NCBI GenBank assembly: GCA_964016885.1
Contig: OZ024745.1
Location: 9,424,001 to 9,488,000 of the forward strand
Source: Eledone cirrhosa
Lineage: Eukaryota
Direction: 5' to 3'
DNA length: 64,000 nucleotides
The first letter of the stretch is position 1; each line of letters begins with the position of its first letter. Shown piece by piece: positions 1-13,471 of the stretch. The position numbers and the translations under genes were made by a program. The notes below the pieces were generated by a model. The model had not been told where the DNA came from. It worked only from the letters and a program-made list of their open reading frames with translations, and did not search any database.

Positions 1-320
1 TACGTATGGTTCTATATCACCTGAGGGGGTTGTAGATGCACCGTATTGCCATAGTATTTCTAGATCAAGCCCATCTCCTCTCCAGGTCTGAATACAGCAA
101 ATATCTTCCAAAGAAGGATAGAGAGAGTTAAAGAATGGAAGTGAGAAAGAGATATAGAGGAAGAATTAATCCCAGTACTTGACTGGTACTTTTTTTTTTA
201 TCGACCTTGAATGAATGAAAGGCAGAGTTGACCTCGGCAGGATTTGAATGCAGAGATCAGAAATAAATACCACAAAGTATTCTATCCGACTTTCTAAGTA
301 CTCTGCCGATTCGCTGCGTT
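1..320 (-). mobile_element. tRNA-derived SINE (family with TTCATCCTT..GGGGTCGATAAA..AAGTACCAG central domain), degenerate, extended 3' part
   Basis: Contains ctggtacttt..ttatcgacc..gatgaaaggcagagttgacctcggcaggatttgaa, which recurs in about ten places in the window; the 3' extension also resembles 8340-8500 and 27020-27120. Confidence 0.7.
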
Positions 321-1280
321 GACTTTAATATTACAGTAACTTAAACAGAATGCTGAACAGCCATTTCAAATTATAGCAATTTGAAGATTAAATCTATTAG
401 AATATCAATCATCGTCATCATCATTATTTAGCACTTGTTTTTCTAGCTAACAAGAGTTGCATGTATTGTCACAGACTGGTTAATATTCAAGTAGTCACTA
501 ACGTCTAGGTGGGGGCCAGTGCCTGACACATGATCTCTAATTCTACCAAGTGCATTTTATTATGACACCAATACTAGGGAAATTGTCCTTGACACAGCTA
601 AAGAGAGCCTCCCAACACTTTGTTCAGCTGGTTTTCTACAGTTTGCTGCCCTTTTTATCACCCTGCCCCAAATCAGTAAAATTTGTTGGGGTTTTTAATG
701 CAATTTTCCACATATTGTGTATGTCAATTTTCAATATCCATCAGCAGGAAATATATATATAAAAAAGAGAAATACTTCTCTCCACCAAAAGGACATTCTG
801 CTTCTCTGAAATGTATTCTTATATATATTAGTGGGATTTACCTGTCATCTTTCTGGGGTCCATAACATTAAGTACTAGGGTCAATTCAATCAACAACACC
901 CCCTCCTCAAAATACCATCCTTGTGCCCAAAGTTGAAATCAGGTTATTTATTTCTTGATTTCAAAAGGTTTGGCAACTACTATATTAGAGGATAAATGAG
1001 TTCTCTGGTGGTGGTGATGGAGGAGATATATTGCTATGCATGTATGTATAAATCATTCAATAAATATATGAAATTCCATATAGATATTTATACTAACATT
1101 CATTTCTAAGTTGTTATTGCCAAAGGGCATTGCTGATAAACAACAGTTGATTTAAATGGAAAGGTGAAATGTTATCACTTTCTCACAAATAACACCAACA
1201 CCTCCATAATGATAACACTGATATCTAGGGTGTCTTCCATAATAATAGTACTGTTAAAGATATTCAAAATATCCTAATAA

Positions 1281-1700
1281 AGGTTTCTAATTTAGGCACA
1301 TAGCAGTTTTTTTTTTAGGGAAGGGGAAAGCTGATTATATTGACCCCCAATATTTTACTCTCTCCGCCCTCTTAAAGGATGAAAGACAAAGTAGACTTTG
1401 GTGGGATTTGAAACCAGAATGTAAAGAGCTGTAATGAAACACTGCAGTATATTTCTTCTGCACTAATGATGATTCTGCCAATCTACTGTCCTCTTATGTC
1501 CAAATAATGATTTTTAATTTTTGCACAAGGCCAGCAATTTAGGGGAAGGGAAAGTCAATCTTATTAACCCCAGTACATGACCATGGAAAGATGAAAGGTA
1601 AAAGTCAACCTCAGCAGGATTTGAACTCAGAAAATAAAGGTCCAGAATTAATACTACAATAGCATTTGTTCAACATTCTAATGACTCTGCCAATCCTGCC
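1281..1700 (-). mobile_element. Two adjacent degenerate SINE copies of the same family
   Basis: Two blocks (about 1281-1490 and 1510-1700), each with gatgaaag..aaagt..ac..ggatttgaa..cagaa and ending in ctctgccaatc-like sequence. Confidence 0.7.
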
Positions 1701-1763
1701 TTAACCCTTTTGTAACCATATTTATAATGTAATATACTCTTTCAATTAATTGATACAGAATTT

Positions 1764-3700
1764 TAAATAATAATAATGAAATTATTGTGTAAAGTGCTCA
1801 GGTGCACTACAACTCGTGAAAGGTGCATGTATAGTACATAGAATAATATACAAATGTCAGAGAAGTGAACAGTGTATGAGTCATAATATACATGTGTGCA
1901 TGTGTGTGGAGGGGGAATATTAGGTATAGTGTTGGCGAATCTTGGGAAGCATGGAAGTTTTAAAAGATGCAGAGTCTCGACAACTAACAACTGATGCAGG
2001 TAGTTTGTTCCATGCTTCAGCAACTCTGAGCGTGAAAAAATGTTTCCGAAAGTCATGGGAACTGTGCCGTTTTCTGACTTTGTGGGCATGCCCTCGTGTG
2101 TTAGACACATGGAAATCAAAAAGGTACTCAGGGTTGTTGTTGGCAAGATGGTTAATAATTTTGTGGGTATTTACCAAGTCAGTTGCCAGGTGTCGGAGCT
2201 TCAATGTATCCATGCCCAGAGAAGCAAGTTGTTCAGAGTATGGTAGATGCCTGATGGAGGGTATTCGCTTGGTTGCACGTCTCTGAACAGTTTCCAGGTG
2301 GTCAATGTTCTGAGCAAGATAGGGGTTCCAGACTGGTGATGCAAATTCTAAGTGTGGCCGCACCATAGCCATGTACAGCCTTAAATAGATAGCTGGAGAG
2401 ATGCTGACAAAGGTCTTGCTGAGTGATGCTAAGACACCCTCGGCCCTCTTGACAATTTTAGAGATGTGCTTCGTCCAACGCAAATCGCTGCTGATCGTAA
2501 TGCCCAGGTCACGTTCACAATAAGACTTCTTGATATTAGTGCTGTGGAGGGAGTATGTGGACGCTGTCTTTTGGTACACCAATGGCAATCACTTCGTGGT
2601 TTGCAGATTCAGTGGCATTCTCAATGCGTCTAGGTTCAACATGAGGTATGCAGAAATTTTTTAACAAGTCACTCCGGTAAGATCCCTCATTGTGAGGTTC
2701 TACACGAACACTTGATTTTATTCCTGCTATTTCTCGGCTTAAAGTGGAAATCATTTGCCGTATTTCCTCAAACTCCGTACTGACGGTCGATTTTTATTGT
2801 TGTTCTCCTTCAACAGGCATGGTGAAGACACAGTCGTCGGTTGTTGTTGTTGAAAAGTAAAGGGGGAGGAAGACATGGGTTGCTGTTGTTGATGAAGTCC
2901 TTCAACGGGAGTAGTAGCGGAAGCTACAGTCGTTGGTTCTTTGGTTTTTGCTGTTGTTCAGGAACAATGGTAGAGGAAGACACGATCTTCGGTTTTTGTT
3001 GTTGTTCAGCAGCAAGGGTAGAAGCAGACATACAGTCCAGGCACTGAAAGGGCCAATTTGTTAGCTGGACCATCTCCCAGAGTCCATCCATCATAGCAAT
3101 ATGATGTTTCTCGTTTTGGCCTGGGATCTTCCGGAAGCCTGTGGTGCATTGAAGGCAGACAGAGATGTGACAGGTTCCACATTCGACCTAACGATTACGG
3201 AACGAGTTTTCGGGTTCCGTACAGATATGGCAGGTGTGATTTTCTGGGCAATGTTCTATTTTGGAACATCGACCAGTTTTGTCGCATACTTCATCCATGG
3301 ATATCACCATGGCAATTTTGTTATTTCTGCCCATCCATAGAAAAACACAAAATGTAAACAATATAGGTTTAGCGCACTTGATTACGATAGAAATAAAATG
3401 TGTGTTTTTTGTGTAATTTTGTTTCCGTTTTCCTAAATATTGTGTGTGTGTACAAAAGAGTCTGCGCATGTAAACAAATAAATATGCTGCGTAAGTTAAC
3501 GAGATAAATGTTTGTTTATGTTTTGTTTTTGTATTTCTGTTTCTGTTTTCCTATGTCTTAGGTGAGTGTGTATACAAAAGGATCTGCACACGAATATATA
3601 ATTATATATATATATAATTAAAATGTGTATGTGGGTTAGAAGCAAAGTCAATGTTCAGAAAGATTTTACAAATGAACGCAAGATTGGCCGGTATAGTGTC
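1764..3700 (-). mobile_element. CR1-like LINE with large internal deletion (5' UTR/ORF1 joined to the 3' end of ORF2)
   Basis: ORF 1920-2588 has the CR1/Jockey ORF2 C-terminus (ERDLGITISSDLRW, VRPHLEFASPVWNP, VQRRATK, TRGH, FFTLRVAEAWNKLP) and a (TTA)n tail at about 1764-1777. Homology to the 58436-59630 copy stops at about 2570, where ORF1-like sequence begins. The 5' boundary is approximate. Confidence 0.75.
2575..3310 (-). pseudogene. Disrupted LINE ORF1 (PHD-type Zn finger, Gln-rich repeats, coiled coil)
   Basis: Manual translation gives CHICTEPENSFRNR*VECGTCHISVCLQC...WPFQCLDC (in-frame TAG at 3188-3190), then EQQQKP repeats with frameshifts, EFEEIRQMISTLSREIAGIK and EVIAIGVP. Confidence 0.65.
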
Positions 3701-4135
3701 TCACACGAAATAGTGTGGTTTCTTTTCACTTGTGTGTATATGTGTGTGGTATGTATCTGTATATAAATCTGTGTGTATATTGTTGTTTATAGGTTTTGTG
3801 GAGTACTTACTGCGATGCCTAAGGGATGTAGTGATTTGTTTTTTGTTTTGTTTTTTCCCACGTCCATGTCCACACGTGGTTTGTTGGCAAATCAAATCAA
3901 ATCTGAAAGATTTACTCAAATGATTAGTTATTTCATCCCTAATATAATAATTTAATATATGTTTCTTGTATAATATCACGTGGGAAGATATAAATTCATA
4001 TAGGAATCATTTGAAATGGGTGGTTTTCTTTCATAAAACCAGGACCAGTTTTGGCAGGTTTTTTGCTGGGTTGGATTCAAAATAATGAGAATCTTCGTCT
4101 GTTGCTCAAGCCACCGACCTCTTATGATCTAATAA

Positions 4136-4327
4136 GTGTTTCTACTTTTGGCACGAGGCCAGCAATTATCCCAATGTATTACTGGTACTTTATTTTATCG
4201 ACTCCGTAAGGATGAAAGGCAAAGTTAACCTCGGCGGGATTTGAACTCAGCATGGCAAGGGCCGTAACTCTTTGCTGCAAAGCATGGCATCCGACCCTCT
4301 ACCGATACTGCCATCCACCACCCGTGG
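4136..4327 (-). mobile_element. SINE with 12-bp target-site duplication
   Basis: Family central domain present; flanked by ATGATCTAATAA at 4124-4135 and 4328-4339. Confidence 0.85.
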
Positions 4328-4689
4328 ATGATCTAATAATAAAAAGCAGCTAGTCTTATAAATGATACACATTGTTTCTTTATTGTTCATGATCATCGAA
4401 GGATTTGGGTTTTGAGGCAGATTATTTTCAAGTAAGATTGTCTTATTTGCCGTCATTTCCTGTGGTTACTAGCTTGTATTTATCATGTTTAATTTTGAGG
4501 CTAGTTCTCACTTTCTCCAGATACCAATCATTCAAGTAGTAAAAGGTCTTCTTAACTACACAGCAGGATACTAGATTCAAAACAATAAAGTTCACCCTAG
4601 TCATAATGGAAAGATTTCTAAGTTTTGTTAGTGTAATGACATTCATATAACCAATCCTGTTCATTTTAGGATTAGGTTAATAAACAAAA

Positions 4690-4692
<3 letters not shown>

Positions 4693-4749
<57 letters not shown>
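4693..4749. repeat. (CT)n microsatellite
   Basis: Directly visible. Confidence 0.95.
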
Positions 4750-4753
<4 letters not shown>

Positions 4754-4754
4754 G

Positions 4755-4986
4755 AGTGTTCCAGTTGATTCAGTCAGCAGATCAGCCTGCTCGTGGATGA
4801 GCATTCTACAGACATGTACCTTTAAGATGGTCCTTTTCAATTACAGATATAACTCACTTTTGCCAGTTTTGAGGACTGAGGCAACATGAAATAAAGTGCC
4901 TTGTTCCAGCTGACAACACGTCGTTGGGAATTAATGTCTTTATGATTGTGAAAGGAATACCGTAACCTCTAATCCACATGCCTTCA
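4755..4986 (-). mobile_element. Degenerate CORE-type SINE
   Basis: gcaacatgaaataaagtgccttg and a tRNA-like head ending ccacatgccttc; similar to 7625-7775 and 14286-14575. Confidence 0.55.
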
Positions 4987-5102
4987 CACACACACACACA
5001 CACGTATGGAGAGAGCCTTGTACTTACATTTTCTTAATGTGTATTATGTTTTATGTTGTTGAAGGAGGCTAAATTGTTATGTACTAATAACTAGTTAAAG
5101 GA

Positions 5103-5310
5103 GTGAAGGTGTGTAACCTAGTGGTTTGGGTGTTCGGCTCATAATGTCAATGGCAAGAGTTCAATTCCTGGTGACACAGTGGGTTCTTCAGCAAAACACT
5201 TCATTTCTCATTGCTCCAGTCTGCTCATGTGAAAATGAATATTAGCACTACCAGGAGCACCAGCTAGTATGAAACCTGTGATGGACTAGTGTCCTGTAAG
5301 GGAAGGTAAT
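5103..5310 (+). mobile_element. Degenerate CORE-type SINE
   Basis: A/B-box-like ctagtggtt...gagttcaattcc, then gcaaaacacttcatttctcattgctccagt and cctgtgatggactagtgtcctgt. Confidence 0.6.
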
Positions 5311-5329
5311 TGTACTCTTTAGTCATTTG

Positions 5330-5850
5330 ACACCAGGGCTTTCTTACTCCTGTTGGAGAAACCCCTCCCTGGTTGACCCCCACTGCATTTGGTTTTGGTC
5401 ATGTTTTCACGGGTGTAGCCATACTCCTACACTTGGCCAATTGTGGGTTGGTGATACTATTTAACCCATTGTTGGGTTTGATGGCCATTGACTCTGAGGA
5501 GTTCACCCACCTTTTTAACAGCTCTTGTTTTTTGTATTGCTGAGGTTTCCCTTAACCTCCTCAACAGACCATGGTCTGGTAGGGGTTTTAGTTTAGTCGC
5601 TGACCAACAATGACACAGATTGTACTGAGTTATATGTTACCAGTAGCAGCCAGAAGCCTGACCAGGCCAAGGTCTGATGGGGGAGCTAGTTTAGTCGCTG
5701 ACCACTCAACAATGAAACAGATTGTACTGAGTTATATGTGACCAGGCTAAGGTCTGATGGGGGAGCCAGTTTAGTCGCTAACCACTCAACAATGAAACGG
5801 GTTATTCTGGATTACATATTACAAGTAGTAGGCAGAAACCTGACCTGATA
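5330..5850. repeat. Unclassified dispersed repeat with three internal copies of an agtttagtcgctgacca..acaatgaaacag motif
   Basis: Internal repeats at about 5591, 5688 and 5768; tggccattgactct...aacctcctca...ttgtact..gttaccag is shared with 57930-58075. Confidence 0.5.
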
Positions 5851-6805
5851 TGTCCTTAGGAAATGCTAAAATATTACAACTTTTCCCTACTTCTTGTGCT
5901 TCTTCATAGATATTAGCAGTAACAGGTCTAGGAATGCAACATGGTCATTATATTACCATGAGTGTAAAAATATTGACAGTCGTTTTCTTTTTTTTTCTCC
6001 TTCAACAGTCAACTATTATTGATTGAAATCAACCTATTTATTTATATTCCAATTGCTGAAATAAAGTTGATTCTGTTCATTGTTGCTTTCCAAGAATAGG
6101 AAATCTACTATAAGCTCAATCATTATTAAGGGAAAGGAATATCTATCATTTTATTGTATTTTTAGTCGTTGCTCTATTTCTCTTGAAACTGAACTTATTT
6201 CCAAAGTCATTGCTGGAAACTATTGTTTGTAATTAATAAATATTGGTATTATTGATCTGTCCATAGATCAAATTATATTAGTCAATAGTGTCAGTCTTAA
6301 TAATTTCAAGATGTAAGAAAATAACTACAATTGAATTTAGATTGTATGTTTCTAAGTAATTGGCAATCTAAAACTGAACAGCTTACATTTTTAGACTGTT
6401 TCAATGCAGATAGGCAAGGTGAATGTAAACATAAAATAAAGACTAAGAGGCAAGAATGTATCGAACTGAATGTCTCCTTGTTATCCTTTAAACCTTCTGA
6501 TAATGCATGCACACATTGACATTTAACACATCTATGTCTACACAGGCAATTTGAAATATTGTTGAAATATGGAGCTTGCACTTTTTAATCATTTTCATGT
6601 TTACTTAGTGTATCTACAAAAACTCTCTATCTAAACACAAGTTAAACAATTTCAGTTTACTCATTAAAAAGAAATAAAGTCTAAAAATCCAAGTGTTGAA
6701 CTACAGATTACAAAACAGAGATTTGGAATCCTTTAAAAAACTAGTTGATTGATTTAGTCAAATATTGCTACTTCCAGTGTCAGAATAGTGAGGAAAAGAT
6801 TTCAA

Positions 6806-7368
6806 TATCAGAACCACAGAAGTAATACATCTAAATATAGAATTAAAACCACAGAAGTAACACATCTAAACAGAATCAGAACCACAGAAGTAATACATCT
6901 AAATTTAGAATTAAAACCACAGAAGTAAATACATCTAAATATAGAATTAAAACCACAGAAGTAATACATGTAAATATAGAATTAAAACCACAGAAGTAAT
7001 ACATCTAAATATAGAATTAAAACCAGAGAAGTAATACATCTAAATATAGAATTAAAACCACAGAAGTAATACATCTAAATATAGAATTAAAACCAGAGAA
7101 GTAATACATCTAAATATAGAATTAAAACCACAGAAGTAATACATCTAAATATAGAATTAAAACCAGAGAAGTAATACATCTAAATATAGAATTAAAACCA
7201 CAGAAGTAATACATCTAAATATAGAATTAAAACCACAGAAGTAATACATCTAAATATAGAATTAAAACCACAGAAGTAATACATCTAAATATAGAATTAA
7301 AACCACAGAAGTAATACATCTAAATATAGAATCGGAACCACAGAAGTAATACATCTAAACAGAATCAA
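6806..7368. repeat. 35-bp minisatellite (AACCACAGAAGTAATACATCTAAATATAGAATTAA), about 16 copies
   Basis: Period 35 counted directly; the AACCAGAGAA variant recurs every 70 bp (7021, 7091, 7161). Confidence 0.95.
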
Positions 7369-7431
7369 AACACAAAACACACAGGCATAGGATTTGAAAA
7401 CGATTTCAGATTAGCTTAAGATATCATTGTC

Positions 7432-7600
7432 ACCATCATCATCATCATTTCATTTTACGTCCACTTTTCCCTGCTTGCAAGGGTGGGACGGGAACTGATT
7501 CTGGCTTGATTTCTACAGCTGGATGCCCTTCCTAACACCAATCTCATTTACAGTGCGGGCTGGGTGCTTTTTTGCCGTGGCACCTCCACGACCACTTTGC
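7432..7600 (-). mobile_element. RTE-related 3' end fragment with (CAT)n tail
   Basis: catcatcat...acgtccacttttccctgcttgcaagggt...ctacagctggatgcccttcctaacacc matches the 3' UTR of the RTE at 26600-26982. Confidence 0.65.
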
Positions 7601-7624
7601 AGTGGAATGATAGGGACCCCAGTC

Positions 7625-7775
7625 CTTATCATCTCATTTCTACAGCTGAGTAAACTGGAGCAATGTGAAATAAAGTGTCTTGCTCAAGGAAACAACACAT
7701 CACCCGGTCTGAGAATTGAACTCGCAACCTTTTGATTGCAAAGCCAATGCTCTAACCACTAAGTCATGTGCCTCC
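7625..7775 (-). mobile_element. CORE-type SINE (tRNA head plus core)
   Basis: Reverse complement reads ggcacatgacttagtggttagagc...gagttcaattctc...ccttgagcaagacactttatttcacattgctccag. Confidence 0.75.
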
Positions 7776-7789
7776 ATCATCATTATAAT

Positions 7790-7967
7790 TGTTTCTACTT
7801 TTGGCACAAGGCCAGCAATTACCCAGTGCATTACTGGTACTTTTTATTGACCCCGTAAGGATGAAAGGCAAAGTTAACCTCGGCGGGATTTAAACTCAGA
7901 ATGGCAAGGGCCGTAACTCTATGTGTCAAAGCATGGCGTCCAACCCTCTACTGATACTGCCAATCCA
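7790..7967 (-). mobile_element. SINE with 12-bp TSD
   Basis: Very similar to 4136-4327; flanked by CATCATTATAAT at 7778-7789 and 7968-7979. Confidence 0.85.
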
Positions 7968-9234
7968 CATCATTATAATATTGACTTTTCTGTGCTGCAT
8001 GGGAGTTTTTGAGGCAGTATTTTACAGCCAGATTCCTGACACCAACCTTTTAGTTGCTTCTTATGACACAGGAATATAGTATACTTGTTCTAAACTGGAT
8101 ACACATAGTAAAAATATAAAAGTGTTAAATATGAAATAGATATTGTCTAAAGACTTAATACGTCAATAAGTGAAAAGTAGATTCGATTCCCTTTTTTTTT
8201 TAAATGTAGACAAAATAATTATCTAAATTTCATTGTAAAGTTAAACAATTTTACTGTTTTATAGAAAATAATACTAATCAACAGAGTTGGAATGTTATTC
8301 ACCCAGTGATGTCAACTTTTCCCCCTTTTGAAGTGCATAAAGTACCATTCCAGTAACGGGACTAACTCTTCCTCTATATCTCTTTCTTACTTCCTCTCTA
8401 TCACTCTCTCTACTTCTCTGGAGAGTAGTTGGTCTCTCTCACAGGTTTAAAATGCCCAAAGCATACTGTATGTCATACGGTCACCCCTATAGGTCTATAC
8501 ATACATTACAAATTAGTAAAGCAGGCTTTAATGTTGTGTTTATTTTTTATATGTAGCTTGCATTTATGCCTTGAATTAGGTTAAATTCAGGCTATAAAGA
8601 AAACTCTATTTATCTCACTTATTTATTTTTGTAACCAGCATTGGAGAGGATCTAAAGAAGAACAAAAATATTACTTGAAAGAATTCCCAGCTATGTGTTT
8701 AGTACATTTTTTATGGTTGCATGTCTCTACATCAGATTTATTTACTATTAAATAACAAAGAAAACAATTATATACAAGTAGAGTCCATAGTATAAACTAG
8801 AAATTTGAAAAATAGTTAACCATCAACATATCCTCACCTTTTTCCCCTACTGTGAAATTATTTACATGCATGTTTATAGCTTTCAGAGAAACTTTAGATA
8901 AAAATGATTTATTCTTTTCTCTTTCAATATATGCAATAATCTACAGTAAAGCTGCCGCTTCTGTCAGGGTAAACAATCTATGATGTGTTGTTAATTATAT
9001 GCAATATTTATTAAAATTACAAATAACAATATTGTATATATCCTGCTTTGTTTCTCATACTTTCATTTTGTTTGTGATTAAAATAATTTTAGGGTTCCTG
9101 TTTTAAAATGAAAAGAATTTATATAATTGAATAGTTTTTTTTTTTTTTTTATTTTGTATATATTTTTGTAGGGAAATACACACACACGAAATAGCATGGA
9201 AAATGTTTGATTTGTTCATCATCATCGTGCAAAT

Positions 9235-9615
9235 GGTACAGCCAGTTGTTGGGGTGCCACTCTAGATGTGCCACTGGTACAGCCAGTTGTTGGGGTCCCA
9301 CTCTAGATGGGCCACTGGTACAGCCAGTTTTTGGGGTGCCACTCTAGATGTGTCACTGGTGCAGCCAGTTGTTGGGGTGCCACTCTAGATGTGCCACTGG
9401 TACAGCCAGTTTTTGGGGTGCCACTCTAGATGTGCCACTGGTACAGCCAGTTTTTGGGGTGCCACTCTAGATGTGCCACTGGTACAGCCAGTTTTTGGGG
9501 TGCCACTCTAGATGTGTCACTGGTGCAGCCAGTTGTTGGGGTGCCACTCTAGATGTGCCACTGGTACAGCCAGTTGTTGGGGTGCCACTCTAGATGTGCC
9601 ACTGGGACAGCTGTT
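9235..9615. repeat. 41-bp minisatellite (GGTACAGCCAGTTGTTGGGGTGCCACTCTAGATGTGCCACT), about 9 copies
   Basis: Period 41 (9235, 9276, ...). Confidence 0.95.
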
Positions 9616-9680
9616 GTAGATGGGGCAAATTATAGGATACTGAAATATTCCTGAAAACAAAGTAGATACAGAGCTTTCTA

Positions 9681-12600
9681 GGAGTACAGCCATCTGGATA
9701 TATTGTATGGTGTAGAGTACAGCCATCCAAATATATTGTATGGTGTAGAGTACAGCCATCCAGATATATTGTATGGTGTAGAGTACAGCCATCCAGATAT
9801 ATTGTATGGTGTAGAGTACAGCCATCCAGATATATTGTATGGTGTAGAGTACAGCCATCTATATATATTGTAGATATTGTATAGTGTAGAGTACAGCCAT
9901 CCAGATATATTGTATGGTGTAGAGTACAGCCATCCAAATATATTGTATGGTGTAGAGTACAGCCATCCAGATATATTGTATGGTGTAGAGTACAGCCATC
10001 CAGATATATTGTATGGTGTAGAGTACAGCCATCTATATATATTGTAGATATTGTATAGTGTAGAGTACAGCCATCCAGATATATTGTAGATATTGTATAG
10101 TGTAGAGTACAGCCATCCAGAAATATTTTAGATATTATATGGTACAGCCATCCAGATATATTGTATGGTATAGAGTACAGCTATCTATATATATTGTATG
10201 GTGTAGAGTACAGCTATCTATATATATTGTATGGTATAGAGTACAGCTATCTATATATATTGTATGGTGTAGAGTACAGCTATCTATATATATTGTATGG
10301 TGTAGAGTACAGCTATCTATATATATTGTATGGTGTAGAGTACAGCTATCTATATATGTTGTATGGTGTAGAGTACAGCTATCTATATATATTGTATGGT
10401 GTAGAGTACAGCTATCTATATATATTGTATGGTGTAGAGTACAGCTATCTATATATATTGTATGGTATAGAGTACAGCTATCTATATATATTGTATGGTG
10501 TAGAGTACAGCTATCTATATATATTGTATGGTATAGAGTACAGCTATCTATATATATTGTATGGTGTAGAGTACAGCTATCTATATATATTGTATGGTGT
10601 AGAGTACAGCTATCTATATATATTGTATGGTATAGAGTACAGCTATCTATATATATTGTATGGTGTAGAGTATAGCTATCTATATATATATTGTATGGTG
10701 TAGAGTACAGCTATCTATATATATTGTATGGTGTAGAGTACAGCTATCTATATATATATTGTATGGTGTAGAGTACAGCTATCTATATATATTGTATGGT
10801 GTAGAGTATAGCTATCTATATATATTGTATGGTATAGAGTACAGCTATCTATATATATTGTATGGTATAGAGTACAGCTATCTATATATATTGTATGGTG
10901 TAGAGTACAGCTATCTATATATATTGTATGGCGTAGAGTATAGCTATCTATATATATATATTGTATGGTGTAGAGTACAGCCATCTAGATATATTGTATG
11001 GTGTAGAGTACAGCTATCTATATATATTGTATGGTGTAGAGTACAGCTATCTATATATATTGTATGGTATAGAGTACAGCTATCTATATATATTGTATGG
11101 TGTAGAGTATAGCTATCTATATATATATTGTATGGTATAGAGTACAGCTATCTATATATATTGTATGGTGTAGAGTACAGCTATCTATATATATATTGTA
11201 TGGTGTAGAGTACAGCTATCTATATATATTGTATGGTGTAGAGTATAGCTATCTATATATATATTGTATGGTATAGAGTACAGCTATCTATATATATTGT
11301 ATGGTGTAGAGTACAGCTATCTATATATATTGTATGGTATAGAGTACAGCTATCTATATATATTGTATGGTATAGAGTACAGCCATCTAGATATATTGTA
11401 TGGTGTAGAGTACAGCTATCTATATATATTGTATGGTATAGAGTACAGCTATCTATATATGTTGTATGGTATAGAGTACAGCTATCTATATATACTGTAT
11501 GGTGTAGAGTACAGCTATCTATATATATTGTATGATGTAGAGTACAGCTATCTATATATATTGTATGGTGTAGAGTATAGCTATCTATATATATTGTATG
11601 ATGTAGAGTACAGCTATCTATATATATTGTATGGTGTAGAGTATAGCTATCTATATATATTGTATGGTGTAGAGTATAGCTATCTATATATATTGTATGA
11701 TGTAGAGTACAGCTATCTATATATATTGTATGGTGTAGAGTATAGCTATCTATATATATTGTATGGTGTAGAGTACAGCTATCTATATATATTGTATGGT
11801 GTAGAGTACAGCTATCTATATATATATTGTATGGTGTAGAGTATAGCTATCTATATATATATTGTATGGTGTAGAGTACAGCCATCTAGATATATTGTAT
11901 GGTGTAGAGTACAGCTATCTATATATATTGTATGGTGTAGAGTACCGCTATCTATATATATTGTATGGTGTAGAGTATAGCTATCTATATATATATTGTA
12001 TGGTGTAGAGTACAGCCATCTAGATATATTGTATGGTGTAGAGTACAGCTATCTATATATATTGTATGGTATAGAGTACAGCTATCTATATATGTTGTAT
12101 GGTATAGAGTACAGCTATCTATATATACTGTATGGTGTAGAGTACAGCTATCTATATATATTGTATGGTGTAGAGTACAGCTATCTATATATATTGTATG
12201 GTGTAGAGTACAGCTATCTATATATATTGTATGGTGTAGAGTACAGCTATCTATATATATTGTATGGTGTAGAGTACAGCTATCTATATATATTGTATGG
12301 TGTAGAGTATAGCTATCTATATATATATTGTATGGTGTAGAGTACAGCCATCTAGATATATTGTATGGTGTAGAGTACAGCTATCTATATATATATTGTA
12401 TGATGTAGAGTACAGCTATCTATATATATTGTATGGTGTAGAGTATAGCTATCTATATATATTGTATGGTGTAGAGTATAGCTATCTATATATATTGTAT
12501 GGTGTAGAGTATAGCTATCTATATATATATTGTATGGTGTAGAGTACAGCCATCTAGATATATTGTATGGTGCAGAGTACAGCCATCTAGATATATTGTA

Positions 12601-12685
12601 TGGTGTAGAGTACAGCTATCTATATATATTGTATGTTCTAGAGTACAGCCATCCAGATATATTGTAGATATTGTATGGTGTAGAG
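9681..12685. repeat. 33-bp satellite (GTAGAGTACAGC[C/T]ATC[C/T]A[G/T]ATATATTGTATGGT), about 90 copies
   Basis: Period 33 with occasional +2 (TA) units; a further displaced unit at 15735-15777. Confidence 0.95.
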
Positions 12686-13471
12686 TACAGGTTCTCAACC
12701 CATTTCAGCCAAACGCCCCCTTTTGCCATTCAAAATCACAAAACGCCCCCACCCCCTCCCCCTTATTTTTCCATTTTTCAATATACTACTGATTTTGTTA
12801 TCAGTAGATTACTGGGCCAAATCAAGTTATGTTAGAATCTTTTAAAAAAATCTTTAAAAAATACTTGTACGAATTAAATATAATACAAAAAAGTTTGTCC
12901 AAAACAAAAGCAAACTCTTTCAAATTATATATTTTTGAAAAATAGACATGAATGTTCTCAAAGACTTGATCTCAGTCGAAAAAGCTTTTTTTTTAAATTC
13001 TATATTTCACTGTTAGCTGTTGTAATATTTTGAGTGGATAGACAATTCTACAATTCAAACTCTAAAGTCAAAATACAAAAGATGCAAAAGGTGAAGAATT
13101 TCTTACCTTTCTCTGGAATCACAAACTCAAGGGAAAAATAGTACCTTGCAGAATAAAGTGCCTTGATCACAAACTTAGTTGCAACGAATGAATTGAGATG
13201 CTTGTTGACAGTGAGCAAACAATATCTTTATCCCTTATATATATACATAGATAGATTACACACACACACACACAAACTTGTGTGTGTGTGTCCCTTGTTT
13301 TTGGTACAGAAAGAATTTTGTCTCCAGTTTTTATTGCTGGGTCAAAGGCTGCTGCTCTTTTCAACGTCAAATAACAATATATATATATAAAAATGAAGAT
13401 AGAAAGAGGGAGAGACAGAGAGAGTAAAAAATGTGTGTGTTTGGTATACGTCTATCTATCTATCTCTCCAA

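Noticed and set aside
8639-8730. Possible upstream exon (acceptor gtaaccag; HWRGSKEEQKYYLKEFPAM)
   Set aside because: Only weak donor candidates; cannot be supported without RNA data.
9172-9235. Strong polypyrimidine acceptor just before the 41-bp array
   Set aside because: Two frames stop quickly and the only donor candidate is weak and lies within the repeat.
9517-12340. Long repetitive ORFs (YGVEYSYLYIL / CRVQLSIYIVW repeats)
   Set aside because: By-product of a 33-bp unit (multiple of 3); frames are broken by +2 TA units and there is no splice support.
12940-13250. Possible hAT transposase C-terminal remnant on the minus strand
   Set aside because: Too degenerate to translate into recognisable motifs by eye.
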